Positions 50,263 to 62,271 of a DNA stretch of 64,000 nt are shown piece after piece (within the stretch, counting starts at the first letter, position 1; every line of letters starts with the position of its first letter). The notes under the pieces are model-generated. The model was not told where the DNA came from and did no database searches. It saw nothing but the letters and a program-made list of their open reading frames with translations. The stretch spans positions 577,654,001-577,718,000 of the forward strand of contig NC_091286.1 of NCBI RefSeq assembly GCF_032444005.1, in the 5' to 3' direction. A program made the translations under genes and the position numbers. Source of the DNA: Ranitomeya imitator. Its lineage: Eukaryota.

Positions 50263-52435
50263 TATACAGGGCTGCCATCAGGGCATTACTGCCCTTACTG
50301 CTGTATGGGGCCTGTATGAGCAGCAGTACACAGAGGGGCTCGCAGGTCCAGGGCCCCGCTAATGCGCTTCTGCTCACCGGGCCCCATCATGCATTAAAGT
50401 GGTGCACGTTGCGGCGCACATGTCGGTGCTGGGGTCTGGGAGCTTTCTCGGACAAAATCCAGGACACTGAGGAAAAAATAGATGGCACTCCATGATGCAG
50501 TAAAACAATCCTTCCTTTTTTCAATGCAAGTATGACATGGATGCAGGGGAGCAGGTCCAGTGGAGGATGACGGCCGTTTCGCGTATATATCTTGCTTGAC
50601 ATAAATGTGGGGGCCCAAATACATTTCTTTCACAAGGGCGCCAAGCTGTTAGTGTCCGCCCCACAAATAATTCCTACATGCTGTTAGAGGTAATAGTGTG
50701 ATTTATTCTCAATGCATGTCAAAGTTCTAAAACGTCTTCTCTCAGGAGTACAACAACAGTATTATTGTGCTGCTCCTGAAGAAGTTTGAGAACTTCAAAA
50801 CTCACTGAGAGTAAACCGCACTATCATCATATATTGGAATTATTTGTGGATTCACTATCAGCAGCGCAGATTACGCACCACTCCGATTGCTTGATTACCA
50901 TGTTGCATCTGGCAATCTGTGTGGCTGCAGCAGCTGGAAAACCTCTTATTTGAAACTTTTCTAGTGTTAATGGGTTAACGCCAACGGACTGCGTTGCACG
51001 GCGAAAATGTTGCAATTAACGCCGTGCAACGGGTCCGTTAGCGCACCCATTGACAGCAATGTTATTTTTGCCTTTAGCGGACCGCTAGCGATGTGCCGTT
51101 CTTTTGTGACGGACTTCGGACGCTGCTTGCAGCATCCGAGGTGCGTCCGAGGTCCGTCGCTCCCTAGCGCAGATCGGGGATCTGCGCTAGCGGAGACGGC
51201 AGACGCGGTCCCAAAATAAACATTGCGTTAGCGCAATCTGCTAGTGCTATGCGCTTAACGGATTGCCCTAACGCAATGTGAACCTAGCCTTACACAACCA
51301 CACTAGGTGAGTAACTATGACTTTAATCTATACATTGTAATATGGATAAATCTCTATTGCACTCAAATTGTCCCCATAGCACGTCTTCGACACTGCACTA
51401 GAGAAGTTCGGAGGCCATTAGATAAGCAACTAGTCCTGCCTGATGGACCATTACTTTACTGTGTACAGCAAGTTATAATCTCATCTATTCTTCAGATGTA
51501 GCAAACACATTGAAAATGTGTACTTTTTGACTATCGTTTACAGCATTTGGTTGTGGGCTTTAATCTTGCAATCTAGCAGCAGCAAACTGGGTCCCCAGTA
51601 GAGATGAGCGAACGTGCTTGAATTACGTGATATCCGAGCATGCTTTTGTGTTATCGGAGTATCTTGGGTGTGCAATCCCCCATGTTTCAGGCTGTCTAAC
51701 AGCCGCAAATCATTCCGCCGCAGGGCCTTGAACTTTTCCGAGTACACCCAAGATACTCAGATAACACCTGAGCATGCTTGGATAACTTGTAGATCTAGAT
51801 CAGCTCTAGATTTTACTTATTTTGGTAGTGGACTCTGTTTCCCTGTAACCGGGTCCCCAAGAGTTCCAAGTTTGCCAGGAGAGGTTGCAAAATGGGCAAT
51901 AATTTAGCAAAGCTTGCCCAAAAGTATGGGTTCCTGTGCATTTTTGGCCCAGCATAATGCATAACTGGAGGAGGGCCTTGAATTTTCTGTCTTCTACAAT
52001 TGACATGTTGGTAAATATGCTAATATGCTACCAGATTTTTAATAGTTATTTACTCCCAAAGATCAGGCATTTAATTAAGTATAAAAACTTAGCCTCAGGG
52101 AGAAGAAGAGTAGTGACAATGCATTTCAATGAAGTCTGAATGGATCTGTAACACAATGCAAAAATACTAAACTGCATAAATGCTTAAGTGTCTGCTGTAT
52201 CTGAGCTTTCTTTCTTTCTGTGCAAGAGGAGAAAAGTATAATTGGCTTATAGAGAAAGCACACATTCTGAGGGGTTATTTTTATAAATATAATCATGTTC
52301 ATTTTGACCAATATTACTCCATCTGTCATTCTTCTTCCCCACCTAAAAGATTTCACAGGCATCATTGGATATATTTTTATCTTTATGAGGTACCCTGCAG
52401 TGAAGGCAATCTTTCCTACATTTCTTCTCTTCTTA

Positions 52436-52754
52436 GGTCGGGTTCACATTGCGTTAATAGCAGCCCGTTCAACACATACATGAACGGGCTGCTATTAACG
52501 CAAGTGCCGGTATTGGCAGTGCGCTAGCGCAGATAGAGCATCTGCAAGCTCTATCTGCGCTAGCAGTGACGGACCTGGAAATGCTGCAGCCCGCGTCTCG
52601 AGGTCCATCACTCAATGACGGCACATCCCTAGCGCACGCCCATTGTCCGACATAGGAGTTAATGGCGGCGTTAGGGACTTCATTACCACCGTGTTATGCC
52701 GCGGTGTAACGTAGTCCGTCTAACGGACGCCATTAACGCAATGTGAACCTAGCC
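52436..52754. mobile_element. PIF/Harbinger-type MITE
   Basis: GGTCGGGTTCACATTGCG...CGCAATGTGAACCTAGCC; TTA TSD. Confidence 0.85.
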
Positions 52755-53379
52755 TTATAGTTGTCATTGTGTCCTGATACATTTCTATCTAGACATGTAA
52801 CCATGACCTTTCACACCCCTGTGTGTGCTGGTGACTGAGTGACCAAACCTAAATAATAGAATGAGAACGTCAATCATTTATGATTTTAGCTTTTAATTAC
52901 TTGTAAGTCCCCTATACTTGCAAATACACCTCGCAATGTTGTGACTCTAATAATCTCTAACCGTATTGAGTCCGTCTGTATGATATAAATACAGAAGTAA
53001 TGACTAGATTCTGTATAAAGAATAAACAGTATAAATAAGACAGCTGAATACCTATGTATGCGTTGGATCCCGTGATTTCTATTTGTTCCCCATCCCCAGA
53101 AGAAGATATTTGGCGAAGTAGGTGGAGTCATATCTCCCAGCTTTTATTAACAGGTATAGGGATGTATTGTGGTTCGTACACAGCAGTTATCCCTATTGAA
53201 GCCTCTAAGCACCTGAGTGTCCTTACCACAATACCCATTTCATGGCCATTATAGAATATAATGCTCCCAAACAATGTCTCCACATACAGGGTATGATATT
53301 GCCATTGTGAATCCCACCAAAATTTCACCCCACTCATATAGGCATATATGTAAAATCCCCACAGAATGATGCCCCTAAA

Positions 53380-53890
53380 GTGTCTCCTTCCAGAGTATGA
53401 TGTCACCATAGTTTCACCAAACACCGTATCCTGGACCCCACACAGTATGATGTCTGCTCAGTTTGAAGGCTCCATTTCCGTATAATACCCCCACAGCTCC
53501 CTACACAAGTATTGTTACCCCCACAGCACCCAACACAGTATGATGGCCCTTTAATCATTATAATACCCCATAGCTATCCACTCAATATGATGCTTCCACA
53601 TCCCCCCACTTAGTATGATGGCTTCAATATCCCCACACTTTGTATGATGCCTCCACTCCTCCCCACTCAGTAATTGCCCCCACAGCCCCTCACTTACTAT
53701 GACACCCCCACAACCACTTACTTTGATACCCCCTGAACTCCTTCCCTTAGTATATTCCCTTCACAGCCCGCCACTCAATATGATGACTCCCACAGCCCCA
53801 TACTTAGTATGAAAGCGCCCACTCAGTATGATGGCCACCACAGCCCATCACTTACAGTAGTATGATGCCCCTTACAAAACCCTTAGTATC
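53380..53890. repeat. Degenerate minisatellite (CAGTATGATG-CCCCCA-type)
   Basis: Many AGTATGATG...CCCCAC units. Confidence 0.75.
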
Positions 53891-54082
53891 CCTCGCTGTG
53901 TGTATGGGATTGTGTTTGTTGAAAGAAGAAGAGTCTTTGCTTGACTTATTTATTCAATATATTGAAAATTTATTTGTATGTAAGAAAGGTTTACAACTGT
54001 AGATATTAGATAGACACATGTGAATATAATTCATAACATTAACATGACTTTTTAAATTAAAATTCTTAAATTACTGGTCTCA

Positions 54083-55578
54083 GGTTGGTTTCACATTTGC
54101 AGTTTTTTTTGCGTTTTTGCGTTAAAAAACGCAAAAAAAAAGCATGCTTTTCCCCCCCTATATTTAACATTAAAAACGCATGCGTTTTTTTGCATGCGTT
54201 TTGATGCGTTTTTGCAACGCATGCGTTTTTTCTCTGCATGCGTTGTGTTGCAGAAATGCAACATGTAGTAATTTGTGTGGCTTTTTTTGCCGCAAAAAAA
54301 AGCATGTGTTTTTTCGCGGCAAAAAAACGTATTGATGTCTATGTAAACGCATGCGTTTTTAAGCACATGTGTTTGCATGCGTTTTTATAGAAAAACACAA
54401 GAAAACACCCTAACCCAAACTCTAACCCTAACACAAAACCTAACCCAAACGCTAACCCAAACCCTAACACAAACCCTAACCCAAACTCTAACCCAAACTC
54501 TAACCCAAACCCTAACACAAACCCTAACACAAACCCTAACACAAACCCTAACACAAACCCTAACACAAACTCTAACACAAACCCTAGGGTTTGTGTTAGG
54601 GTTAGGGTTTGTGTTAGAGTTTGTGTTAGGGTTAGGGTTTGTGTTAGAGTTTGGGTTAGGGTTAGAGTTTGTGTTTTAGGGTTAGAGTTTGTGTTAGAGT
54701 TTGTTAGAGTTTGTGTTAGGGTTAGGGTTAGAGTTTGGGTTAGGGTTAGAGTTTGTGTTTTAGGGTTAGGGTTAGAGTTTGTGTTTTAGGGTTAGAGTTT
54801 GTGTTAGAGTTTGTTAGAGTTTGTGTTAGGGTTAGAGTTTGGGTTAGAGTTTGTGTTTTAGGGTTAGGGTTAGTGTTTTAGGGTTAGGGTTAGAGTTTGT
54901 GTTTTAGGGTTAGGGTTAGAGTTTGTGTTAGAGTTTGTGTTAGGGTTAGGGTTTGTGTTAGAGTTTGGGTTAGGGTTAGAGTTTGTGTTTTAGGGTTAGA
55001 GTTTGTGTTAGAGTTTGTTAGAGTTTGTGTTAGGGTTAGGGTTAGAGTTTGGGTTAGGGTTAGAGTTTGTGTTTTAGGGTTAGGGTTAGAGTTTGTGTTT
55101 TAGGGTTAGAGTTTGTGTTAGAGTTTGTTAGAGTTTGTGTTAGGGTTAGAGTTTGGGTTAGAGTTTGTGTTTTAGGGTTAGGGTTAGTGTTTTAGGGTTA
55201 GGGTTAGAGTTTGTGTTTTAGGGTTAGGGTTAGAGTTTGTGTTAGAGTTTGTTAGAGTTTGTGTTAGGGTTAGAGTTTGTGTTTTAGCGTTAGGGTTAGA
55301 GTTTGTGTTTTAGGGTTAGGGTTACAGTTTGTGTTAGAGTTTGTTAGAGTTTGTGTTTTAGGGTTAGGGTTAGAGTTTGCGTTAGAGTTTGTTAGAGTTC
55401 CTGTTAGGGTTAGGGTTAGAGTTTGGGTTAGGGTTAGAGTTTGTGTGTTAGGGTTAGGGTTAGAGTTTGTAAAAAAACGCAGCGTTTAAACGCGTTTAAA
55501 TGCATTTTTGAACCAAATGCGTTTAAATGCGTTTGCGTTAAAAAAGCTGCAGATCAAAACGCAAGTGTGAAACCAGCC
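54083..55578. mobile_element. PIF/Harbinger-type MITE carrying a telomere-like array
   Basis: GGTTGGTTTCACA...TGTGAAACCAGCC; 3-bp TSD TCA. Confidence 0.85.
54408..55470. repeat. Telomere-like hexamer array (GGGTTA/GAGTTT/GTGTTA variants) with an internal strand switch
   Basis: C-rich CCCTAA/CACAAA arm at 54408-54585, palindromic centre AAACCCTAGGGTTT, G-rich arm at 54586-55470. Confidence 0.95.
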
Positions 55579-55582
55579 TCAA

Positions 55583-57966
55583 CCCATTTATGACCTTGCG
55601 ATTTTCCGTTTTTGTGCTTAACCTTTTTATTTTTCCATCAATATAGCTGTATTAGGGCTTATTATTTGCAGAATGAGTTGTAGTTTTCAATGTCACCATT
55701 GATTTCACCATATAGTTTACGTTAAAACAGGTGAAATTTCATAAATGTGCAATTCCACAATTGTATCTGGAGTTTTTTGTTTACCGTGTTCATTATATGA
55801 TAAAACTGACCTGGAAATATGATTCTCCAGGTCAGTATGAGAACACACATACCAAATATGTGTAGGTTTTTTGTTTATTTAGGTGGTAAAAAAAAATCCA
55901 AAATATTTTCCGAGACCCATATTGTTTTCATTTTTTGGGAACTGGGGCTGGGTGATAGCTTATTTTTTGTGCCCTGAGCTAACTTTTTTATGATACCTTT
56001 TTGGGGTGAGGATGATGATTTTATCTCTTCTCATTGCATTTTATTGCAATGTTATGGCGGTCAAAAAAACGTAATTGATAGATCAGACATTTCTGAACAC
56101 ATAGATACCAAATGTGTATTTTAAAAAAAGTTATTGTTTTATATACCGTATTTTTCGGTGTATAAGACGACTTTTTAACCCCTGAAAATCTTCTTACAAG
56201 TCAGGGGTCATCTTGTAAGCCGGGTGGGGGAGAGTGGTCCCAATGACGATGCGTTGGGTGTCTGTGCTGGGGAGTGGCGGCGGCTGCTCCTCTTTGTGCC
56301 GCGTGTGTGCTGTGATGTGGGACGGCATATCTTCGTGCCGTGGGTGCTCTGTGCTGTGGGCCGGCAGCGGCGTATCTTCATGCAGCGTCGGGGCTCCTCT
56401 GGCATTTCCTCAAAGCCCGGAGGCACCTGCAGCTCCATTGCTGCGATGCGGTGGCCTCCGGGAAAATGGCCGCTGGGGCGGCGCATGCTCAGATTCAGAT
56501 CTTGTCTCGAGATCTGCAGAGTAGTCTGCAGAGCCACAGCTGTCATGACACCCCATTGGCGCCCTGCGATCATGTGACAGGGGCATCGATAGGTGTAATT
56601 AATGAGGTGCTTCTACGACTCCCACCAGGGCCGTGGGGTACTCGGAACCGGGTCGGACAGTTCTTTGGGGAAGTCACGGGGCCGTGACCCGACTCTGTGG
56701 CCCTGGGCGTGCAGTAAAAATGCAAGGGGTAAAGTTATATGGGATTGATTTCTGACGCCACCCGTGGTGTTCGGCAATAGATGGCCAACGCTGCGATTCA
56801 GGTCCACTGGAGCGGTTGGTGACACAGCAGAGATATTACAGCTCTCCACGGGTAGAGCGGGACCCAGGGAAGTTATAGGATTAATTTTGATGGTGGTAAC
56901 TGTTGTGATACGGGGCAGGTGACACAGTAAATAATTCTGAGGACACAGCGGGGTGCAATCTTCACATTTTACTCACAGTTTTTGGGTTACAATCACCAGC
57001 TGGATGCTGTGTCCGCCAGGTCGGTGGTCCAGCCAGCTCTCAGGTAACTTGGGTGCATTTTTCCGGGACCCCCTTCTTGTGTACCTTTCCCGGTTGTCTC
57101 TCTGCGCTGGCTCACACTCCCTTGCCTGCGCCTTACACACAGTGTCCCAAGCCAGCAGCCTCAGATCCTGTCAGGCGATGTCCTCGTGGTCCCTTTGACC
57201 CTATGTGGCTGCCTTTTTAGCGATTGTGTGTAGATTTTGCGGTCACACATACAGATACTGCAGCCTTCGGTTCGCTAGCTGAGTCCTACACTTTCTCCAC
57301 TAGACTGGGACCGGTTCCCACTGTGACCTGGTCCCTCCACCCGACTACAGTCGGCGTGAATTCGGGTGCCACGGGTGGATTCTTCACTTCCCTGGCCCCT
57401 AGGACCCCTTCTCTCTCGAGCTCCTCTCCGACTCCTCTTTCCTCTCTCTCTCATATTCCTCAGACTGACTTCACCTCACTCCTGTTTCCATGACAACACT
57501 TCACTCCTAGCTGTCACTCTACCTCCAGGTCTCCTATCCTTATCTACTTCCTCCACCCACATCCTCTACCTAGTTTCCCCTCCAGCCTGAGATGGGGCCC
57601 TCCCTAAGTAGGGTCCGGCTAGATCCCTTGGCTGGAGTGGTGTGGTGTTGGATGCTAGTGTGCAGGTACCGGGTAGTGACCCCTCCTTACCGGAGAGTGG
57701 GGTACCACACCTCTGGCTGAGGTGCAGTACCTCTGTGGCGACTGGACGCTCGGGGGCAGCACAACTCCAGCTGATGTGTTAGATCCCGCTGTCAGTGATT
57801 GACAGCGGCACTTAACAGTTTAACAGCCATGGGTGGAGCAACGCTGTTAAGGGCTGATTAAATCAGCCATCAAGTGAAGGGACAGATGTGGGATCGTTCT
57901 GCGAACTAGCATCAAAGGCAGGTACACGACCTTTGACGTAAATATACGTCAGTGGTTGTGAAGGGG
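55583..57966. mobile_element. piggyBac-type non-autonomous element, decayed
   Basis: TCAA|CCCATTTATGACC...GAAGGGG|TTAA; the 5' part resembles 44260-44560 and 46115-46470. Confidence 0.7.
56614..57763 (-). mobile_element. Solo LTR (Gypsy-type, related to the LTRs of 25817-30686)
   Basis: Shares GACGCCACCCGTGGTGTTCGG-type blocks; ends GGGGGCAGCACA; TSD not clear. Confidence 0.7.
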
Positions 57967-58980
57967 TTAAATAAACAGCACAAGGAATACCAACTACTGC
58001 CAAGTGTATTTGGGCTGTACACCAGCAGTAGCTGAAGTGATTCCCCTCCTCTGATATTTCTCAGTGCTATACACTCAATGGCTAAATCTTCTCCCTGTAG
58101 ACTTGCTTCTGTGCCTGCTTCTGTATGAGCTCTGTACATAATACTGGTGATATTGAGAGCTCTTATCTCCACTTTAGCTGTTTCCTGCCCTTGGACCAGA
58201 AAACAATAATATGTGCAGAGGTTATACAAGGGTGTGAAGAATGGGAAGTCTGTGAGGTCCAGCTGTAGCCAATAGCTTTCAAGCTTTAAGTCAAATCAGA
58301 GTTAGGGAAGTTGTTTTGAAAACTTTCCTTTATAGCCCTGTAGCATTGCAGCCATACAAGAAATGTACTAAATAATGAATAATATATATTTTTTAATATT
58401 GTCTTTTGAAGTCTATCTTTTTAAATATAAATTTAATATGTCAATCAATTAATAAAAGTTCTTACATCATGATCCGTACGTGGACCGTGTTTCACGCATG
58501 TCTGAATTCTGCCTTACATTAAGGGTCTGTCCGGCCTTATGGTACAAGTCTGCAGTCACTACATGTGCCAAGAGCTAGCGGTCATGTGAGCGCAATTATG
58601 CAATTCCCATACTTCCTCACATAATATATGATATGTCTGGCTTCGATCACTACATTAGCATTGAACAAGGCTGCGCACGTCTAGTCGGCACGTGACCACA
58701 TGTAGGCAAATCACACGCTCATGCGCCCGTTGCTCCCAACACCAACACTGGAGAATCCTCAAAGCGTGACTGTAGATTTCTACCCAAAGAAAGGACAACC
58801 CCTTTAAAGGGGACAGTGTAATACATACATAGATCTTAGTATTTGTACAGGTAATTTTTCCCTTTAGAATAGATGTTTGGTTAGCATCAGTCAAAAAGCA
58901 GTTTGATTCCATGTAAGTAAGTTGAGAAACAGCTCTATTCAATGGTTTCCTCAGCTCGAGGCTTACCTTTCCATTTTTTA

Positions 58981-59138
58981 GACCACATTCACACACTAGC
59001 AGTATTTGGTCAGTATTTTACCTCAGTATTTGTAAGCCAAAACCAGGAGTGGAACGATTAGAGGAAAAGTATAATAGAAACACGTCACCACTCCTGTATT
59101 TATCACCCACTCCTGGTTTTGGCTGTGTGAATGTGGCC
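58981..59138. mobile_element. Short Harbinger-type MITE
   Basis: GACCACATTCACAC...GTGTGAATGTGGCC; TTA flanks; internal inverted AAAACCAGGAGTG blocks. Confidence 0.75.
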
Positions 59139-59255
59139 TTAGTCTGACAAGCTATAGCAGAACTGGCTCTATTAAGATTTAATGCCCCTTAACTGTTTTC
59201 TTGCACCCAAAATTTTAGGTGCTAATTGTCATCTGCTGTGTGAACTACCCATATA

Positions 59256-59968
59256 CTGTATTTTGCGGTTTATAAGACACACCCCAAATTTCAGGGAAAA
59301 AATAGGAAAACATTTTTTAATAATATGGTGGTGCTTATAATCCATGTGTCTTATTGCTTACTGGGTGTTGCAACTGCGGTGAATCGGGGTCCCACGGTTA
59401 TTGCTGGCAGAGGCAGGAGTGGGACAATGCTGCAGACCACAGGCTTGAATGAAGAGGTGTTCAGAGGTCCAATGCTGCAGGTGTTCAGTGGTTCGTGGGT
59501 TTTTCTGATGTTTTGTGAAAGCCTGGAACCCCCGCACTTCCATGGTTTACATTGCGGTGGACTCCGGGAGAATGGCCGCTGGGGTGGCGCATGTGCAGAT
59601 GGAGATCTCAGTACCAAGATTTCAGGAGATGAGATCCCAGGGCCAAAATCTCCATTTGCACATGCGCCGCCCCCGGCAGTCATTTTCCCAGAGTCCATCG
59701 TAATCTAAACCATGGACGTGTGGGGGCTCCGTGCTTTCACAAAATGTCGGCGGAACACCCGCACCACCGAACACCCACAGTGTTGCACCTCTGAACACCC
59801 CCTCCTCCCAGCCAGTGGTTCACCACATCACCCCACTCTTGCCTCCACCAGCAGGGACCCTGGGACCCTGCTCCACCACAGCTGGTAAGGTATATTTCAA
59901 TTATAAGACGCACCCCCATATTCCTCCAAATATGGGGGAGAGTGCGTCTTATCATCCAAAAAATTTGG
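59256..59968. mobile_element. Tc1/mariner-pogo-type MITE
   Basis: TA|CTGTATTTTGCGGTTTATAAGAC...GTCTTATCATCCAAAAAATTTGG|TA; a related left end lies at 56146. Confidence 0.65.
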
Positions 59969-60461
59969 TAATCAAAATCCTCCAACGGGGCAACACTGTC
60001 TACCCAATGGCCTCTGACGATATTTCTGCTCTTCTAGGAAGTGCATTTACCACTTAGTATTTGCTTGCATAGTGGTTTTCAATACAAGGTTTCTTATCCC
60101 TGAGTTATCTTTATCGGTCAGACTTCTAGCAGCAGCTTATTTCTCATGGGAAAAGAGGATCAGCCTCGCTGATCTCATCCTCAGTAGACACAGTGCGAGC
60201 TGAAAAGTGACATAAAGGGTAAGCTTATTGTGAGAAATCTGCAAGATTTCAAGATTTATTGCTTCAAACTGTTATTGATAGGTTGAATTGTAAAAATAAA
60301 ATGTCATGCAAAAAAGTTTAGGATAATTCAATCAGTAGGTATTTTACATTTGAAAAGGGATGATATACATATTTGGCATACTTCCCATCATTATTACCAT
60401 TGAAAATGTACGCCAAACAGCAATCAACTACATATGTTTCTAGAGGGCATCATCTTTAAAT

Positions 60462-60730
60462 ATAATAATAATCTTTATTTTTATATAGCGCTAACATATT
60501 TCGCAGCGCTTTACAGGTTGCACACATTATCATCACTGTCCCCATTGGGGGCTCACAATCTAAATTCCCTATCAGTATGTTTTTGGAATGTGGGAGGAAA
60601 CCGGAGAACACGGCGGAAACCCACGCAAACACGGAGAGAACATACAAACTCCTTGCAGATGTTGTCCTTTCAACCCAGGTCTCCAGCGCTGCAAGGCTGC
60701 AGTGCTAACCAATGAGCCACCGTGCTTACC
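60462..60730 (-). mobile_element. tRNA-derived SINE with L2-type tail
   Basis: The minus-strand head GCACGGTGGCTCATTGGTTAGCACTGC is A-box-like. The tail CTGTAAAGCGCTGCG...(TTA)n matches the L2 tail near 42800. Confidence 0.85.
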
Positions 60731-61072
60731 CTTTATGTCACTTTTCAAATATGAGGATTTCTATACAATGGGCCATACATTTAGGAGACGAAAGAAAAAA
60801 ACGAAACTCTTCTTAATAGAATGAAACAATCAGATATTTTCTGACATAAACTTTGCATTTCTTGACATTTCTGTGCTGTGTGCTGAGAAACATGGTGATG
60901 TATAGAGCAAGCCATGTAGGTTATTTTCTCCCCATCCTCTATGGACCACTACATTTTCTATGCATGTTTTATACAGGTGCCATTGTCTAGAATTTGGGTA
61001 GATCCGATACTTCGATTGGTCTCATTCACACTCTCACACACTCTCACTCACACTCTCACTCACACTCTCTCT

Positions 61073-61332
61073 NNNNNNNNNNNNNNNNNNNNNNNNNNNN
61101 NNNNNNNNNNNNNNNNNNNNNNNNNNNNNNNNNNNNNNNNNNNNNNNNNNNNNNNNNNNNNNNNNNNNNNNNNNNNNNNNNNNNNNNNNNNNNNNNNNNN
61201 NNNNNNNNNNNNNNNNNNNNNNNNNNNNNNNNNNNNNNNNNNNNNNNNNNNNNNNNNNNNNNNNNNNNNNNNNNNNNNNNNNNNNNNNNNNNNNNNNNNN
61301 NNNNNNNNNNNNNNNNNNNNNNNNNNNNNNNN
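61073..61332. other. Assembly gap within a CACT/CTCA-type microsatellite
   Basis: Run of N flanked by CACACTCT repeats. Confidence 1.
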
Positions 61333-62231
61333 CACTCACACTCACACACTCTCACTCAGGGCGCCTCACCGCAAATGCAGGTAAATATAGGTCAATGACC
61401 TAATTTACCTACATTCTCCGGGGTTTTGCAGACATGAGCAATGTTGCATTAGCAAAGCTCGTGGCTGCAAAATATTTTAACCCCTTCAGATGGATTTACA
61501 TCGGTGGACTTTACAGATCTGCGGAAGGTAAGGATATTGTTGGTTTATTATGTTTTTTTTGTTACAGAACGAGGGTCTTCAGTGATTGGATTGGGCGTTC
61601 AATAAAATATTACAACAACCTTTGTTTTTATTTCATTAAAATAATTTTTAATAATGTGTTTGTGTATTTTTTTAACCCTTTACTAGTATTGGCGCCTCTC
61701 CATTATTAATCTGGCTTAATGTCACCTTACAATAGCAAGGTGGCATTAACCCTTCATTACCCCATATCCCACCGCTACACAGGAATGGGAAGAGAGTGGA
61801 CAAGTGCCAGAATAGGCACATCTTCCAGATGTGCCTTTTCTGGGGTGGCTGGGGGCAGATGTTTTTAGCCAGGGGGGGGCCAATAACCATGGACCCTCTC
61901 CAGGCTATTAAAATCTGCCCTCAGTCACTGGCTTTACTACTCTGGCGGAGAAAATTGTGCGGGAGCCCACGCCAATTTTTTCCGCCATTTAACCCCTTAA
62001 TTTACTAGCTAGAGCGGCCAAATTTTGCATAGACACACTACTAACATTAGTAGTGTGGAATATGCAAAAAAAATGGTGATATGAGATGGTTTACTGTATG
62101 TAAACCAGGTCTCATATCATGTCGGGTTTTAGGAAGGAGAAAGCAAAAGCCGGTAATTGAATTACCGGCTTTCTGCTATATCGTGCTGGATGAAATATTA
62201 ATATATATACATATATGTGTCTACTGACATG

Positions 62232-62271
<40 letters not shown>

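Noticed and set aside
54408-55470. Ancestral telomere-telomere fusion site
   Set aside because: A fusion reads (TTAGGG)n then (CCCTAA)n. Here the order is the opposite, the units are heavily variant, and the array is enclosed by MITE TIRs with a TSD.
54339-55489. Repetitive ORFs (TLTQ, VLGF, VRVR repeats)
   Set aside because: They are translations of the hexamer array and show no coding evidence.
60941-61398. ORFs spanning poly-X
   Set aside because: Artefacts of the N gap.
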